Source: a virus
Lineage: Duplodnaviria; Caudoviricetes
Strand: one strand, 5' to 3'
Length of the DNA stretch: 64,000 bases
Virus record (IMG/VR): IMGVR_UViG_3300031861_000001
Coordinates: 11,971-75,970 of that record
The notes under the pieces were generated by a model that was given only the letters and a program-made list of their open reading frames with translations, made no database searches and was not told where the DNA came from. Shown here piece after piece: positions 28,679-38,259 of the stretch. Position 1 is the stretch's first letter, and every line of letters starts with the position of its first letter. Made by a program: the position numbers and the translations under genes.

Positions 28679-30007
28679 TTATACGCTAAAGAAGGTTGCT
28701 TCTACCTTGGCTACTATAGAAACGCCGTCCGCGTTGGCAATATTCATTCCTATGTGAGTTGAGCCTGCAGTATCACCTGAACCATCGGTTGTATTAAAAG
28801 TTATGGTCGTGCTAATTGCATGACCTAACGTACCATATTCGTTATTTTCTACTGCACCGCTTCCACTTTCACAAAATAAATACTTATGAACCGCTGTTTC
28901 ATTAGTACCCGCCTTCATTTTCAAAATTACCTCTCCAGCGGAATAACTAGCTATAGGAATTTCAAATAGCCATGCGTTCGCATTGTGGGCGATAGTGGAC
29001 GAAGCCACTAAAGTTCGGGTAATATCTTTTTGATACCAATCAGTATGAACTGTTAAATCACCACCAATTACAGTAGCTTTTGCGACCCCCAGTCCACCAG
29101 ATGATAGTAATTGTCCTGTTGTATTAGATGTGGCATTTGCGGTTCCGTCTGCATGTACAACATTAGCAAAAAGAGATAATGCTACTCCTATACCACCATC
29201 AGTTTGAATTGAACCAGATGTTCCACTTGTTGAATCTGTTGTGCCTTCAACTACTATAGCATCTTGGGCTGTTACTGTACCTTGATTCGTATCAACATAA
29301 TCTGAAACAGTTATACTGCCTGTTGATAATCCGCCAGAAGTAGTTTGAACAAATGCAAATTCATCTTCCGATTCATCCCATACAAAAGCGACGTTCGCAG
29401 AAGTCCCCCTGTTGACCATAAGTCCTTGGTCATGCGTAGGAGCAACGGAATCACCATTTGCAGATAAGGTAATTAAAGGATCACTAACACTTAAATTCGT
29501 TGCATTAACATAAGTAAGGGCACCATCAACAAATAAACTTCCATCAATAGCTACATTAGCTGAAAATGTAGCGTCTCCGGATGCAGCAAATTCTTTAACT
29601 TTAAGACCACCAGTTGTATTCGCAGCTAATATTACAGCTGCACTTGCACCACTAGTATCATTAGAAGAGGTAATTGCGTGTGTATGCGAAGAAGTAGTAG
29701 CAGCATCTGTAGTAACAGCAGTTAATGTATCTGGAGTTCCTAATGTAATTGTTTGGGTATCAGTTCCAACTCCACCGCCTGCTTTGGCGGAAACAGTAAT
29801 ACCATCACCAGCTACTACTGATTCTAATTCTCCTGCATCTATTTCTGCTTTTACTTGGGCATATGTACGAGAATGGACATTAGAATTATTGTCCATTTCC
29901 AGAATTTTACCGTTAGTTGCTACGGCGCCATCGGTAGGAGTATTAAGAAGAGTTAAATTCGCATCTGATTTTAAACCACCTCTTACCCTAAACTGTTGTT
30001 GTGCCAT
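28679..30007 (-). CDS. Tail fibre-like virion protein
   Basis: VNATNLSVSDPLITL, GLMVNRG...FVWDESEDEF, GGLGVAK repeats, C-terminal YGTL domain. Confidence 0.75.
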   Translation of the reverse strand: MAQQQFRVRGGLKSDANLTLLNTPTDGAVATNGKILEMDNNSNVHSRTYAQVKAEIDAGELESVVAGDGITVSAKAGGGVGTDTQTITLGTPDTLTAVTTDAATTSSHTHAITSSNDTSGASAAVILAANTTGGLKVKEFAASGDATFSANVAIDGSLFVDGALTYVNATNLSVSDPLITLSANGDSVAPTHDQGLMVNRGTSANVAFVWDESEDEFAFVQTTSGGLSTGSITVSDYVDTNQGTVTAQDAIVVEGTTDSTSGTSGSIQTDGGIGVALSLFANVVHADGTANATSNTTGQLLSSGGLGVAKATVIGGDLTVHTDWYQKDITRTLVASSTIAHNANAWLFEIPIASYSAGEVILKMKAGTNETAVHKYLFCESGSGAVENNEYGTLGHAISTTITFNTTDGSGDTAGSTHIGMNIANADGVSIVAKVEATFFSV

Positions 30008-30028
30008 TGACTAAATTCCTCAGATGTT

Positions 30029-31054
30029 CTATGAATCTGGTGCGTTCGTGCACACTGTTCGATGAACAGTGACTACTTGTTGATCGGAAGAAGTAGTAAC
30101 TTTTAACCGAACATTATTTGCTGTTATATCTGACGCAATGCCAGGACTCATTGTAATTGCGCCTAATTCCACTTCTCCATAAACTGTCAATGCTGTATCT
30201 GTTCCATCATGTACTAATGCCACTTCCCCTGTCCAATATGCTTTATTACCCACAGTATAATCTTCGCAGGAGACGATATACTTAGCGGTTCGATAAGTAT
30301 TTATATTAAAGGTATCCGCAACTACTTGACCAGCAACAGCTTGAATAGTTCTTGTTGTAGAATATACTATTTCAGTATTAACTGTGAAAGTTCCTATGGT
30401 CTGAAAATCAGTAAATGATAAAACATTTACATCAACAGATCTCCAAGCCTCCAATCCCTCATTATATTGCCATATCTCATTATTTGCATACGATGATGCT
30501 GCAACGTCTGATAAATCCCCCATTACACTAGTAGAAAGATCCACTGATGATGTAGTTGATGGATCACCAGGTTGCCATTTACCTGTGTTAGTATTCCATT
30601 TTAAAATATATCCATTTTGAACTCCTGCCAGCGTGACATCAGTTAATTGAGATATTTTTAATTGATCTGCAAAAGCTAGTAATCTATTACCAGTAATTTG
30701 TGTAGCGCCGATAATAGTATTAGAACCAAAATCTAAATATTCGGCTCCGCCAACTTCTGTTATTCCAAGAGATCTAGTAGATAATGTTAAGGTATTTCCT
30801 TGAAGAAATAAATCACCAAAAGGTTGAGTATTAGAACCTAAGCCGGCAGGTTTTTGTCCAGGTTCCGGAGCCTTAGGTTTTAAGTTGACTGTTAGATTTT
30901 CTAAATCAACTATGCCTAAATGAACTATAGTATCATCTGCAGCAACGCGTGTAAGTGTTGCCGAAGGTGCTTTTGCACCATCAACTAATGAAACTCCTCC
31001 ACCAGAACTAACTACTGCTTCAACAGATCCGATATTTAAATTCGCTTCTGCCAC
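30029..31054 (-). CDS. Virion structural / fibre-like protein
   Basis: QLTDV...LKWN..TGKWQP repeats; C-terminal DTF...YRTAKY..YGEV domain. Confidence 0.7.
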   Translation of the reverse strand: MAEANLNIGSVEAVVSSGGGVSLVDGAKAPSATLTRVAADDTIVHLGIVDLENLTVNLKPKAPEPGQKPAGLGSNTQPFGDLFLQGNTLTLSTRSLGITEVGGAEYLDFGSNTIIGATQITGNRLLAFADQLKISQLTDVTLAGVQNGYILKWNTNTGKWQPGDPSTTSSVDLSTSVMGDLSDVAASSYANNEIWQYNEGLEAWRSVDVNVLSFTDFQTIGTFTVNTEIVYSTTRTIQAVAGQVVADTFNINTYRTAKYIVSCEDYTVGNKAYWTGEVALVHDGTDTALTVYGEVELGAITMSPGIASDITANNVRLKVTTSSDQQVVTVHRTVCTNAPDS

Positions 31055-31064
31055 TCACACTCTC

Positions 31065-31448
31065 CTAACTTTCAAGTAATAATTTATTGCCGGTTTCTAA
31101 AAGAGTTGCGCCCTTGGGACTAGCTGTTGGACTTAATGTTAGCTGTCCCTGAATAACTCGTCTAGTTATATCATATGTTGAATTATTAATAACAACATCG
31201 TAATTATAGCGGCCTGGTGAAATATCATCAGATACAGACCCCAGTAATTTTATTTGTAACTTTCCGGCTGCTGCGTCTGTTACGGTTGGGGTAAATTTGT
31301 ATACCTTATTAGCTCCGACCCATTTTTGAAAATAAGCCTCAACTGTATAACCTGTTAAATCAGTTGCGTTGCCACTATCATCTTCAACTGTTAATGTTAA
31401 AGTATAATCAGAACCTTGGTCTACAAATACATTTACAATAGATGCCAT
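31065..31448 (-). CDS. Ig-like virion/baseplate protein (BppU-N-like)
   Basis: FVDQGSDY...DLTGYT...GRYNYDVVI...RVIQGQLTLSP. Confidence 0.7.
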   Translation of the reverse strand: MASIVNVFVDQGSDYTLTLTVEDDSGNATDLTGYTVEAYFQKWVGANKVYKFTPTVTDAAAGKLQIKLLGSVSDDISPGRYNYDVVINNSTYDITRRVIQGQLTLSPTASPKGATLLETGNKLLLES

Positions 31449-31466
31449 ATAATTCTCCTTATATAA

Positions 31467-31474
31467 TATTTATA
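31467..31474 (-). promoter_or_regulatory. T4-type late promoter TATAAATA
   Basis: Exact consensus, followed by RBS AAGGAG before the ATG at 31448. Confidence 0.85.
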
Positions 31475-31487
31475 AGAATTATGGACC

Positions 31488-32210
31488 TCATCTATTAGTG
31501 AATAAAGTCTCATATAAAAACTCTCTTTCGCCTTCATATTGATATTGTTTGGGCTCTAACTCATATATAATTTCTGGTTCTTGATTGCCAACTAACCATT
31601 GATGCTGCAAAGGCAACCAGCCTTGTCTAAGATGACGGCAAAAAGCATCGCGATGTGTCCATACAGTATACTTAGCCCCTCTTTGAATTCTAAAAGATAT
31701 ATGATGATCGGAAGCATTACCATTTGGCCATGTCTTCAATGGATAATCTAATAATACCTGTTTTTTAAAACTACTAATCGCAAAAGAGGCAACACTTGTC
31801 TGTCTTATAAAACCTTTAGATAAAACATCATCGACATTTTCCCATTCTGGATAATCTTGTCTTTCTGGCCAAGGTAAAGGAAAATTTTTAAATATCCCAT
31901 AACAAACATTAGATTCTTTGCTCATACGACCTCCCTCAAAATGCATATTTAACCAACCTGTATAAACATCATAATTTGGAGCATTCATTAATACATCATC
32001 AATAGCTCTTTTATAAACAATTAAATCATCTGAACTAATTAAATAATGGGTATAGTCTGAGTTACGAACAAAATGATTCATTTGATCGCATACTTGCGGT
32101 TCATTAAAAGCTCTAAACCAGACACGCGGAATGTTAACATTTTGTTTAACAGACTTAATTGGATCAACCATCATACGTGGCTGCATTTGCATTAAAACAG
32201 GTTTGAACAT
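31488..32210 (-). CDS. GT-A-like glycosyltransferase
   Basis: YTHYLISSDDLIV (DxD-like), ASDHHIS, HRDAFCRHLR. Confidence 0.5.
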   Translation of the reverse strand: MFKPVLMQMQPRMMVDPIKSVKQNVNIPRVWFRAFNEPQVCDQMNHFVRNSDYTHYLISSDDLIVYKRAIDDVLMNAPNYDVYTGWLNMHFEGGRMSKESNVCYGIFKNFPLPWPERQDYPEWENVDDVLSKGFIRQTSVASFAISSFKKQVLLDYPLKTWPNGNASDHHISFRIQRGAKYTVWTHRDAFCRHLRQGWLPLQHQWLVGNQEPEIIYELEPKQYQYEGEREFLYETLFTNR

Positions 32211-32869
32211 TTTGTAATTAAATCTGTTTCTTCTTGGTCAGTCATTTGCGTAAATAATGTGCCTTTTTCAACGGCAGGATAACCCCGCGCATATATATCT
32301 GTTTGCTCAAACTTCTCAAGAGCTTCCCTTAAAATTTTTGGTTGTTGACTAACTAATCGCTGATGTATATGATATATCTTATCATCCTCAAATACTGGAA
32401 TTTCTTCTTGTAAAATTATTCGACCTCGATCAACATATTCATCAATAAAATGTACAGTTAATCCTTGTGGCATATCATGATACAATGCCCATTTAATATT
32501 ATCTAAACCTCTATTTTCCGGAAGCAGACCAGGATGAATATTAATAATACCGATTGAATACTTATCAATTACTTCTTTTGATAATATTCTTGCGCCACCA
32601 ATAATTCCTAACTCACCTGCATCAACATCTTTATGTGGTATAACAATATAAGGTATATTAAATTTATCACAAATATCTTTTGTATGAATAGTATAACAAT
32701 TATTAGCACTTAATTTAATAATATCTTCTCTAAGATCAAGCTCAATTAAAGGAGCAGCATAAACTTTACCAATCTTAAATCCATTAATAATTAATTCTAA
32801 TAAAATATCAACAGTTTTACGGTGTCGACAATCATATGTAAATAAATTTATCAACATAACTATTCCCAA
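32192..32869 (-). CDS. 10-formyl-THF-dependent formyltransferase (Formyl_trans_N; sugar N-formyltransferase-like)
   Basis: IINIHPGLLPENRG, LTVHFIDEYVDRGRII (Asn/His/Asp catalytic set); lacks the PurN SGxGSN N-terminus. Confidence 0.8.
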   Translation of the reverse strand: MGIVMLINLFTYDCRHRKTVDILLELIINGFKIGKVYAAPLIELDLREDIIKLSANNCYTIHTKDICDKFNIPYIVIPHKDVDAGELGIIGGARILSKEVIDKYSIGIINIHPGLLPENRGLDNIKWALYHDMPQGLTVHFIDEYVDRGRIILQEEIPVFEDDKIYHIHQRLVSQQPKILREALEKFEQTDIYARGYPAVEKGTLFTQMTDQEETDLITKCSNLF

Positions 32870-33579
32870 AAATATTTATCATGAATTTTAAAATTAGAAC
32901 AATCTCTCTTATGATTGCCTGTAAACATATCATAGTCTAAACGTAAATTGGTTGCTTTCATCCAGTCTTCTAAGAATATACGATTTCTAACAGGAAGTCT
33001 ATTTACACATATTTCTTCGGATGGAGCATGACTATATTCTTGGGTTGTTTCCAAACCTACGATCCAATTTCTGCTTGAGACTTCCATTGTTTGTAATCTA
33101 AACTTTTCAAGAGGTATTGAGCCGTTATATTGTTTATGTTGCCAATTACCTATTTCAGATGAAAAAGCTGTATAAAAATAATACCTGTGAGTGTGATGAT
33201 TGAGTGGGGGTGCGGCGGCTTGCTGTCCGGGTAGATCCCATCCTTTCGGGCGTAATTGGGGCTTAAATTTTACTAATACATGTTTTACGTGAGAAATATC
33301 ATGTGGTCGATATTTATTAATCACTCCATCATCTTCTACCCATATGTCAGCTAATTCATAATCACATGCATTTATAACCCAATTTCCCGAATCATTGAAA
33401 GCTTTATCTTCTAAAAAATCAGCATCATCTGGAACATTCATTCTGTTGCGACCGGGTATATTCCAGGAATAATCAAACAAATCTTTCTCGGAACGTCTGG
33501 ACCAATATGTATATCGTTCTAGACCTATTCCTCTGGCCGCTATAGAAACACCAGGACCACTAACATAAATTTCCATCAA
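32860..33579 (-). CDS. Unknown protein, tandem copy B
   Basis: Paralogue of 33576..34328. Confidence 0.7.
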   Translation of the reverse strand: MMEIYVSGPGVSIAARGIGLERYTYWSRRSEKDLFDYSWNIPGRNRMNVPDDADFLEDKAFNDSGNWVINACDYELADIWVEDDGVINKYRPHDISHVKHVLVKFKPQLRPKGWDLPGQQAAAPPLNHHTHRYYFYTAFSSEIGNWQHKQYNGSIPLEKFRLQTMEVSSRNWIVGLETTQEYSHAPSEEICVNRLPVRNRIFLEDWMKATNLRLDYDMFTGNHKRDCSNFKIHDKYFWE

Positions 33580-34328
33580 AAATACTTATCATGAATTTTA
33601 AAATTAGAACAATCTCTCTTATGGTTACCTGTAAACATATCATAATCTAAACGTAAGTTGGTTGCCTTCATCCAGTCTTCTAAGAATATACGATTTCTGA
33701 CGGGAAGTCTATTTGCCGTTGTTTCGCACATATCATAGCTATGTTCTTGTGTTGTTTCCAGACCTACGATCCACAATCTCTTCTGTATCTCTATTATTTG
33801 TAATTTAAACTCCGTAATAGGTATTGAACTATTATATTGTTTATGTTGCCAATTACCTATTTCAGATGAAAAAGCTGTATAAAAATAATACCTGTGAGTG
33901 TGATGATTAATCGGAGGCGACAATTTGTTTATATTCTCTATACTGTAGAAAGCGTACTCGGCTTGCCTATCATTTCCTCGTTCTTTGCCCTTTAATGTGC
34001 GTAATTCAGGTTTAAATTTTACTAATACATGTTTTACGTGAGAAATATCATGTGGTCGATATTTATTAATCACTCCATCATCTTCTACCCATATGTCAGC
34101 TAATTCATAATCACATGCGTTTATAATCCAATTTTTATACGGCTCATTCCATGCTTTATCTATTAAAAAATCTGCATTATCTGGAACATTCATTCTGTTG
34201 CGATCTGATATATTCCAAGAATAATCAAACAAATCTTTCTCGGAACGGTCGGTCCAATACATATAGCGTTCCACACCTATTCCTTTGGCCGCTATAGTAA
34301 CACCGGGACCACTAACATAAATTTCCAT
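33576..34328 (-). CDS. Unknown protein, tandem copy A (probable start MEIYVSG at 34328; the track extends it to 34355)
   Basis: Shares identical DNA blocks of 107 bp (33263-33369 / 34012-34118) and 77 bp (33125-33201 / 33832-33908) with copy B. Confidence 0.7.
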   Translation of the reverse strand: MEIYVSGPGVTIAAKGIGVERYMYWTDRSEKDLFDYSWNISDRNRMNVPDNADFLIDKAWNEPYKNWIINACDYELADIWVEDDGVINKYRPHDISHVKHVLVKFKPELRTLKGKERGNDRQAEYAFYSIENINKLSPPINHHTHRYYFYTAFSSEIGNWQHKQYNSSIPITEFKLQIIEIQKRLWIVGLETTQEHSYDMCETTANRLPVRNRIFLEDWMKATNLRLDYDMFTGNHKRDCSNFKIHDKYF

Positions 34329-34332
34329 AAAA

Positions 34333-35202
34333 TCATGTGCCCCATCTATTACCAAATAAATCTACATGTAATCTGGGCGAATATTTGAAGCCATGTTTCA
34401 TTGCCATTTCAGCAACATTGAATTTTGTATCTTCTAACATCTCAGCTGTGCCGCCGCATGGCATTAAATAAATATCTATATAAGATTCCCACCGACTGTA
34501 GGTAAGTTCTATTTGCTTAATTTCTTCAATATCCTGTTCATCTTGAACGACAAATTTTAAATACAAATGTGAATTTTGTACTTCTTTATATTGGTGCCAA
34601 TTTTCAGGTTTAATTGCTTTAAAACCCAATTCACCACTTATACTTAATTTTGGACTACATGACCATGTAATATGATGATCCATTAAACTATACTCATGTA
34701 ACCATTTAAGAAATTTATCCGTTAAAGCAAATGTACTATTTGTTTCAAATGTAATATTTTTAATATGTCTGAATGAAGGATGGTCTAATAAATCTGGTAA
34801 TTGTTTTTGCCACATCATTGGCTCACCACCTGTAATTACCAAATGAATATCCTGTTTATTATCTTCATAATACCATTTTTTATCTGGACAAAGATCTATT
34901 AGTTTTTCTGCTAATATATCATGTTCTTCAAATGTTGATAGATGCATATATTCTTTTGCCCAACTTGCAGAACTATCACATCCTATTTTCATTACAGGTA
35001 ATTCTTCAATACTCTTGTATTGACTGACATCAAGATTTTTCCAAGGCATTTCATCTCGTGGAATTAATTGTCCTCTGGGTTGTCCAAATCCAGGACACTC
35101 AAAATTACATCCAAATAATCTTAAAAATACACTCGGTGTACCTACAAATCTTCCTTCGCCCTGAATGCTATAAAACATTTCAGAATATCTAAGTTTTGAC
35201 AT
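34333..35202 (-). CDS. queE: 7-carboxy-7-deazaguanine synthase (radical SAM)
   Basis: EMFYSIQGEG..VGTPSVFLRLFGCNFEC, CDS, ITGGEP, YSPRLHVDLFGN. Confidence 0.92.
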   Translation of the reverse strand: MSKLRYSEMFYSIQGEGRFVGTPSVFLRLFGCNFECPGFGQPRGQLIPRDEMPWKNLDVSQYKSIEELPVMKIGCDSSASWAKEYMHLSTFEEHDILAEKLIDLCPDKKWYYEDNKQDIHLVITGGEPMMWQKQLPDLLDHPSFRHIKNITFETNSTFALTDKFLKWLHEYSLMDHHITWSCSPKLSISGELGFKAIKPENWHQYKEVQNSHLYLKFVVQDEQDIEEIKQIELTYSRWESYIDIYLMPCGGTAEMLEDTKFNVAEMAMKHGFKYSPRLHVDLFGNRWGT

Positions 35203-35348
35203 TATCCTTTTTCTAACTCCTTAACTCGATGTTTTAAAGTAGAAATAGTAGTATGAATATGTCCCATTTCCTGTGGTTCAAGTTTTGATTTCAAATGTTC
35301 TATTTCTGCTTTGAGTACTGCGATATACGTTTGTATTGCTTTATCCAT
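35202..35348 (-). CDS. Small hypothetical protein (48 aa, MDKAIQTYIAVLKAEIEHLK...)
   Basis: Manual translation; stop overlaps the queE ATG. Confidence 0.6.
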   Translation of the reverse strand: MDKAIQTYIAVLKAEIEHLKSKLEPQEMGHIHTTISTLKHRVKELEKG

Positions 35349-35359
35349 AAATTCCTGTT

Positions 35360-35890
35360 CTATTCATCTACTTCGAATAAGTCCTCACCCCATTCTCTGT
35401 GTCCTTCGCGCCAAGCCATGTTACTTTCTGTTTCACGTACTTCTATTCTATAACACCAAAGTCTTTCGGCTTCTCCAGGACCCCACATATCAGGAATGAA
35501 TACTCCGTTTATATATTTGTATAACATAGAAGACATTCCTTCACATCCAAGTTTTGGCAATACAGTAAGTTTTGCAATACCTCGTTCTTGTAACTGTTTA
35601 TAAAGATCCATTTCTGGTTCATCTTCTGCTACTAATAATGTATGATCAAATTGCTCGTCTAAGAAACTTTTAAGCTCTCCTAAACCACCGTAATCTACAA
35701 CCCAGTTTCTAACATCTAAATGATCTGTGCCGAAAAAGAATCTCATACTAAAACTATAACCATGAATAACATTACAATGACTATCAGCTAGGTATTGTCT
35801 ATATGCGCAAGGAAACTTATCAACATATTCCTTTGTGCTATTATATTTGTATATTCTTGGTTCTCTATTCCCTAAAGTTACTGTACTCAT
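35360..35890 (-). CDS. queD: 6-carboxy-tetrahydropterin synthase (probable start MSTVTLG at 35890)
   Basis: FPCAYRQ, HCNVIHGYS, VVDYGGL, FDHTLLVAEDEP, IEVRET. Confidence 0.9.
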   Translation of the reverse strand: MSTVTLGNREPRIYKYNSTKEYVDKFPCAYRQYLADSHCNVIHGYSFSMRFFFGTDHLDVRNWVVDYGGLGELKSFLDEQFDHTLLVAEDEPEMDLYKQLQERGIAKLTVLPKLGCEGMSSMLYKYINGVFIPDMWGPGEAERLWCYRIEVRETESNMAWREGHREWGEDLFEVDE

Positions 35891-36038
35891 ATACTTCCTC
35901 CTCTTCATTCTCCTCATCAAAATTAATGTAATTATTGGCTAATTCTTTACTAAATTGCCGTCGTTTTTTAGATTGTTTATCTAAAATATCTTTGCTAAGC
36001 TTTTCCTTAGTTTTTTGTTGCTTATATGACTTTGCCAT
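35865..36038 (-). CDS. Small hypothetical protein (57 aa, basic N-terminus, acidic C-terminus)
   Basis: Manual translation MAKSYKQQKTKEKLSKDILDK...EENEEEEVYEYSNFRE; fills the def-queD gap. Confidence 0.5.
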   Translation of the reverse strand: MAKSYKQQKTKEKLSKDILDKQSKKRRQFSKELANNYINFDEENEEEEVYEYSNFRE

Positions 36039-36550
36039 AATTCGGGGCTCTTAATTTTTAGTTGTTTAAGATTAGTCCTGCGTTTTTTTCTAGCACTTTG
36101 CAAATGCATAATTTTAGCTCTCTCATAAAAAATTCTTCCTTTCATATGATCCATCTCGTGTAAAAAAATACGCGCGGACAGATCTGAAAAATAACCTGTA
36201 AAATTCTCACCAGAAGCATTTTCCCATGATGCTGATAAACTTTTCGGCCTTAATATTTTAACATATAATCCTGGATAACTCAAACATCCTTCTGTTTCAT
36301 AAACTAATTCATCGGATACTTCTATTATTTCTGGATTAAATATCGCCATTGATTGGCCTTCATGATTCATTGAAAATACTTTATATTTGTATCCTATTTG
36401 ATTTGCTGATAATCCCACACCATTATAGTGATACATACCTTCAATCAATTCATCTTGAAGTTGACGAGCATCCATTGGAGGAGCCAGACGGCTAAATGGA
36501 ATGGTTTCTTGAATAAGTAAATTATGTTCTTCTGGTACTAATTCTCTCAT
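35981..36550 (-). CDS. def: Peptide deformylase
   Basis: GVGLSANQIG, EGCLS, HEMDH motifs. Confidence 0.95.
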   Translation of the reverse strand: MRELVPEEHNLLIQETIPFSRLAPPMDARQLQDELIEGMYHYNGVGLSANQIGYKYKVFSMNHEGQSMAIFNPEIIEVSDELVYETEGCLSYPGLYVKILRPKSLSASWENASGENFTGYFSDLSARIFLHEMDHMKGRIFYERAKIMHLQSARKKRRTNLKQLKIKSPELWQSHISNKKLRKSLAKIF

Positions 36551-38259
36551 ACTATTATACTGAAATTTTTACGTTTTTCGAATTTCATATGAACTCTAAA
36601 TTTATCATATAAAGTATCACCCTTATGAGAAATTACAAAAACATTTGTAGAGGTTCCCTGTTCATTCACAATTTTCATAAACTCATCTGTACCTTCACCA
36701 TCTAAAGAACTATCAAATACTTCATCTAAAATTAATAAATTTGTATTAACAGAATTTTTTAATTTAGCAACTGCTCTCCATGTAAATAATAATGCTAAAT
36801 CAATACGCATCTTCTCTCCTTCACTGAAAGAATCATACGTAAAATCATCTCTATATCTTGACTTTATTTCTTCATTGAAGTTCTCGTCTAAATTAAAAGA
36901 TACAAAGAAATTCATTTGAGTTAAATATTTGTTGATTAATTTATTCATAATCGGCAAATATTGTTTAACTATCCTTGCTTTAATACCCTCATCCTTCAAA
37001 ATATTTTTAGCCGTAAGATGTAATTCATTTTCTTCTAAAAGCTCTTCTCTTTTTAAATCAATTTCTTTTAATTCTTTTTCAATTTCTTTTAATTGTTTCT
37101 TTTCTTCTTTTATATCACCTGTATCATTTTCCGTTGCTTTAATTTCTTTTTCAATCTTTTCAATATATTGATCAATTGCACTTACGCTATTATTGATTGA
37201 TTGTGTTTTAGTCTGGTGAGATTGTATGTCTTCTTGAATTGATTGTATTGCAGAAAGTCTTGCTCTAACTGTCTCCAATTGTTTATCAATTTCTGAGACA
37301 GCATTCTCAAATTCTTCAATCTTTTTTTGTTTTTCTTTAATTTCTTTGTGTTTGAAAGCGTGGTCGATATTTTGCTTACACGTCGGACAGTCATCGTTTG
37401 ACTCAAAGAAGGAGATACTCTTTTGTTCGGAATCAACATTTCGGAGGATTGAACGTTGGTATTCTGAAAGCTTATCATGTTTATCACTTACTTGGTTCGC
37501 GTCGTTTAATTGTTCTAATAATTCAGATACTGTATCATTAATATCAGCCATCTCTTTCGATAAAGTTGTTTTTTGATCTAAATTATTTTTAATATCCTTT
37601 TCAAATCTTTTAACTAAGTTTTTTGTTTTGTTTTTTAATTGTATTATATAGTCTTCTTTTAAGTCTATTTTATTTTGGGCCAAATCTTTAGAATTCTTAT
37701 TTGTGTCTAATTGTAATTTATTTTCAACCGTGTATGTTCTTAATATATTAGACATAGATGAAAAAACTTGAATATCTAAGAGATCCTCTATAATAGCTCT
37801 TCTATCTTGTGCTCTCAATTGCATGAAAGGAACAAATGAAGAATTGCCTAATATTATAATCTGTGTAAAAGATTTATAATTTAATTTTAAAATACTCTTT
37901 TCTAAATATTCTTGAAAATCCCTTATATTCGCATCTTGTTGTAATGGAACGTTATCAACCTTTATTTCAAATAAATTAGGTTTAATGCCTCTACGAACAA
38001 ATATATGTTTTTTCCCAATCAAAAATTCTATTTCAACAATACACGCCTTTTCGTTGATTGAATTTACTAATTGAGGTTTATTAATTTTACGAAATGGTTT
38101 CCCAAATAAACTGAATGTTACCGCATCCAGCATGGTACTTTTACCGGCACCGTTTTCACCTGTAATTAAGGTCGTTTGAGACCTGTCCAGTTGTATATCT
38201 GTAAACACATTGCCGCTACTTAAAAAGTTTTTGTAGCGAACGGTTTTAAATAAGATCAT
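36547..38259 (-). CDS. gp46: gp46 recombination endonuclease subunit (Rad50/SbcC-like)
   Basis: GENGAGKST, CPTC zinc hook, FSEGEKMRIDLALLF, LILDEVFD. Confidence 0.97.
   Translation of the reverse strand: MILFKTVRYKNFLSSGNVFTDIQLDRSQTTLITGENGAGKSTMLDAVTFSLFGKPFRKINKPQLVNSINEKACIVEIEFLIGKKHIFVRRGIKPNLFEIKVDNVPLQQDANIRDFQEYLEKSILKLNYKSFTQIIILGNSSFVPFMQLRAQDRRAIIEDLLDIQVFSSMSNILRTYTVENKLQLDTNKNSKDLAQNKIDLKEDYIIQLKNKTKNLVKRFEKDIKNNLDQKTTLSKEMADINDTVSELLEQLNDANQVSDKHDKLSEYQRSILRNVDSEQKSISFFESNDDCPTCKQNIDHAFKHKEIKEKQKKIEEFENAVSEIDKQLETVRARLSAIQSIQEDIQSHQTKTQSINNSVSAIDQYIEKIEKEIKATENDTGDIKEEKKQLKEIEKELKEIDLKREELLEENELHLTAKNILKDEGIKARIVKQYLPIMNKLINKYLTQMNFFVSFNLDENFNEEIKSRYRDDFTYDSFSEGEKMRIDLALLFTWRAVAKLKNSVNTNLLILDEVFDSSLDGEGTDEFMKIVNEQGTSTNVFVISHKGDTLYDKFRVHMKFEKRKNFSIIV

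Noticed and set aside
32192-32869. purN or fmt assignment
   Set aside because: Has the formyltransferase core but lacks the PurN N-terminal SGxGSN phosphate loop and the Fmt C-terminal domain.
32860-34328. Diversity-generating retroelement TR/VR pair
   Set aside because: Differences affect all four bases and include indels, both copies are full ORFs, and there is no reverse transcriptase in the window.
35891-35920. Track N-terminal extensions of queD (MMRRMKRRKY), ORF 33576 (to 34355) and ORF 62847 (to 63269)
   Set aside because: They overlap upstream genes in another frame. Downstream ATGs fit paralogue alignment, RBS or stop-start coupling better.
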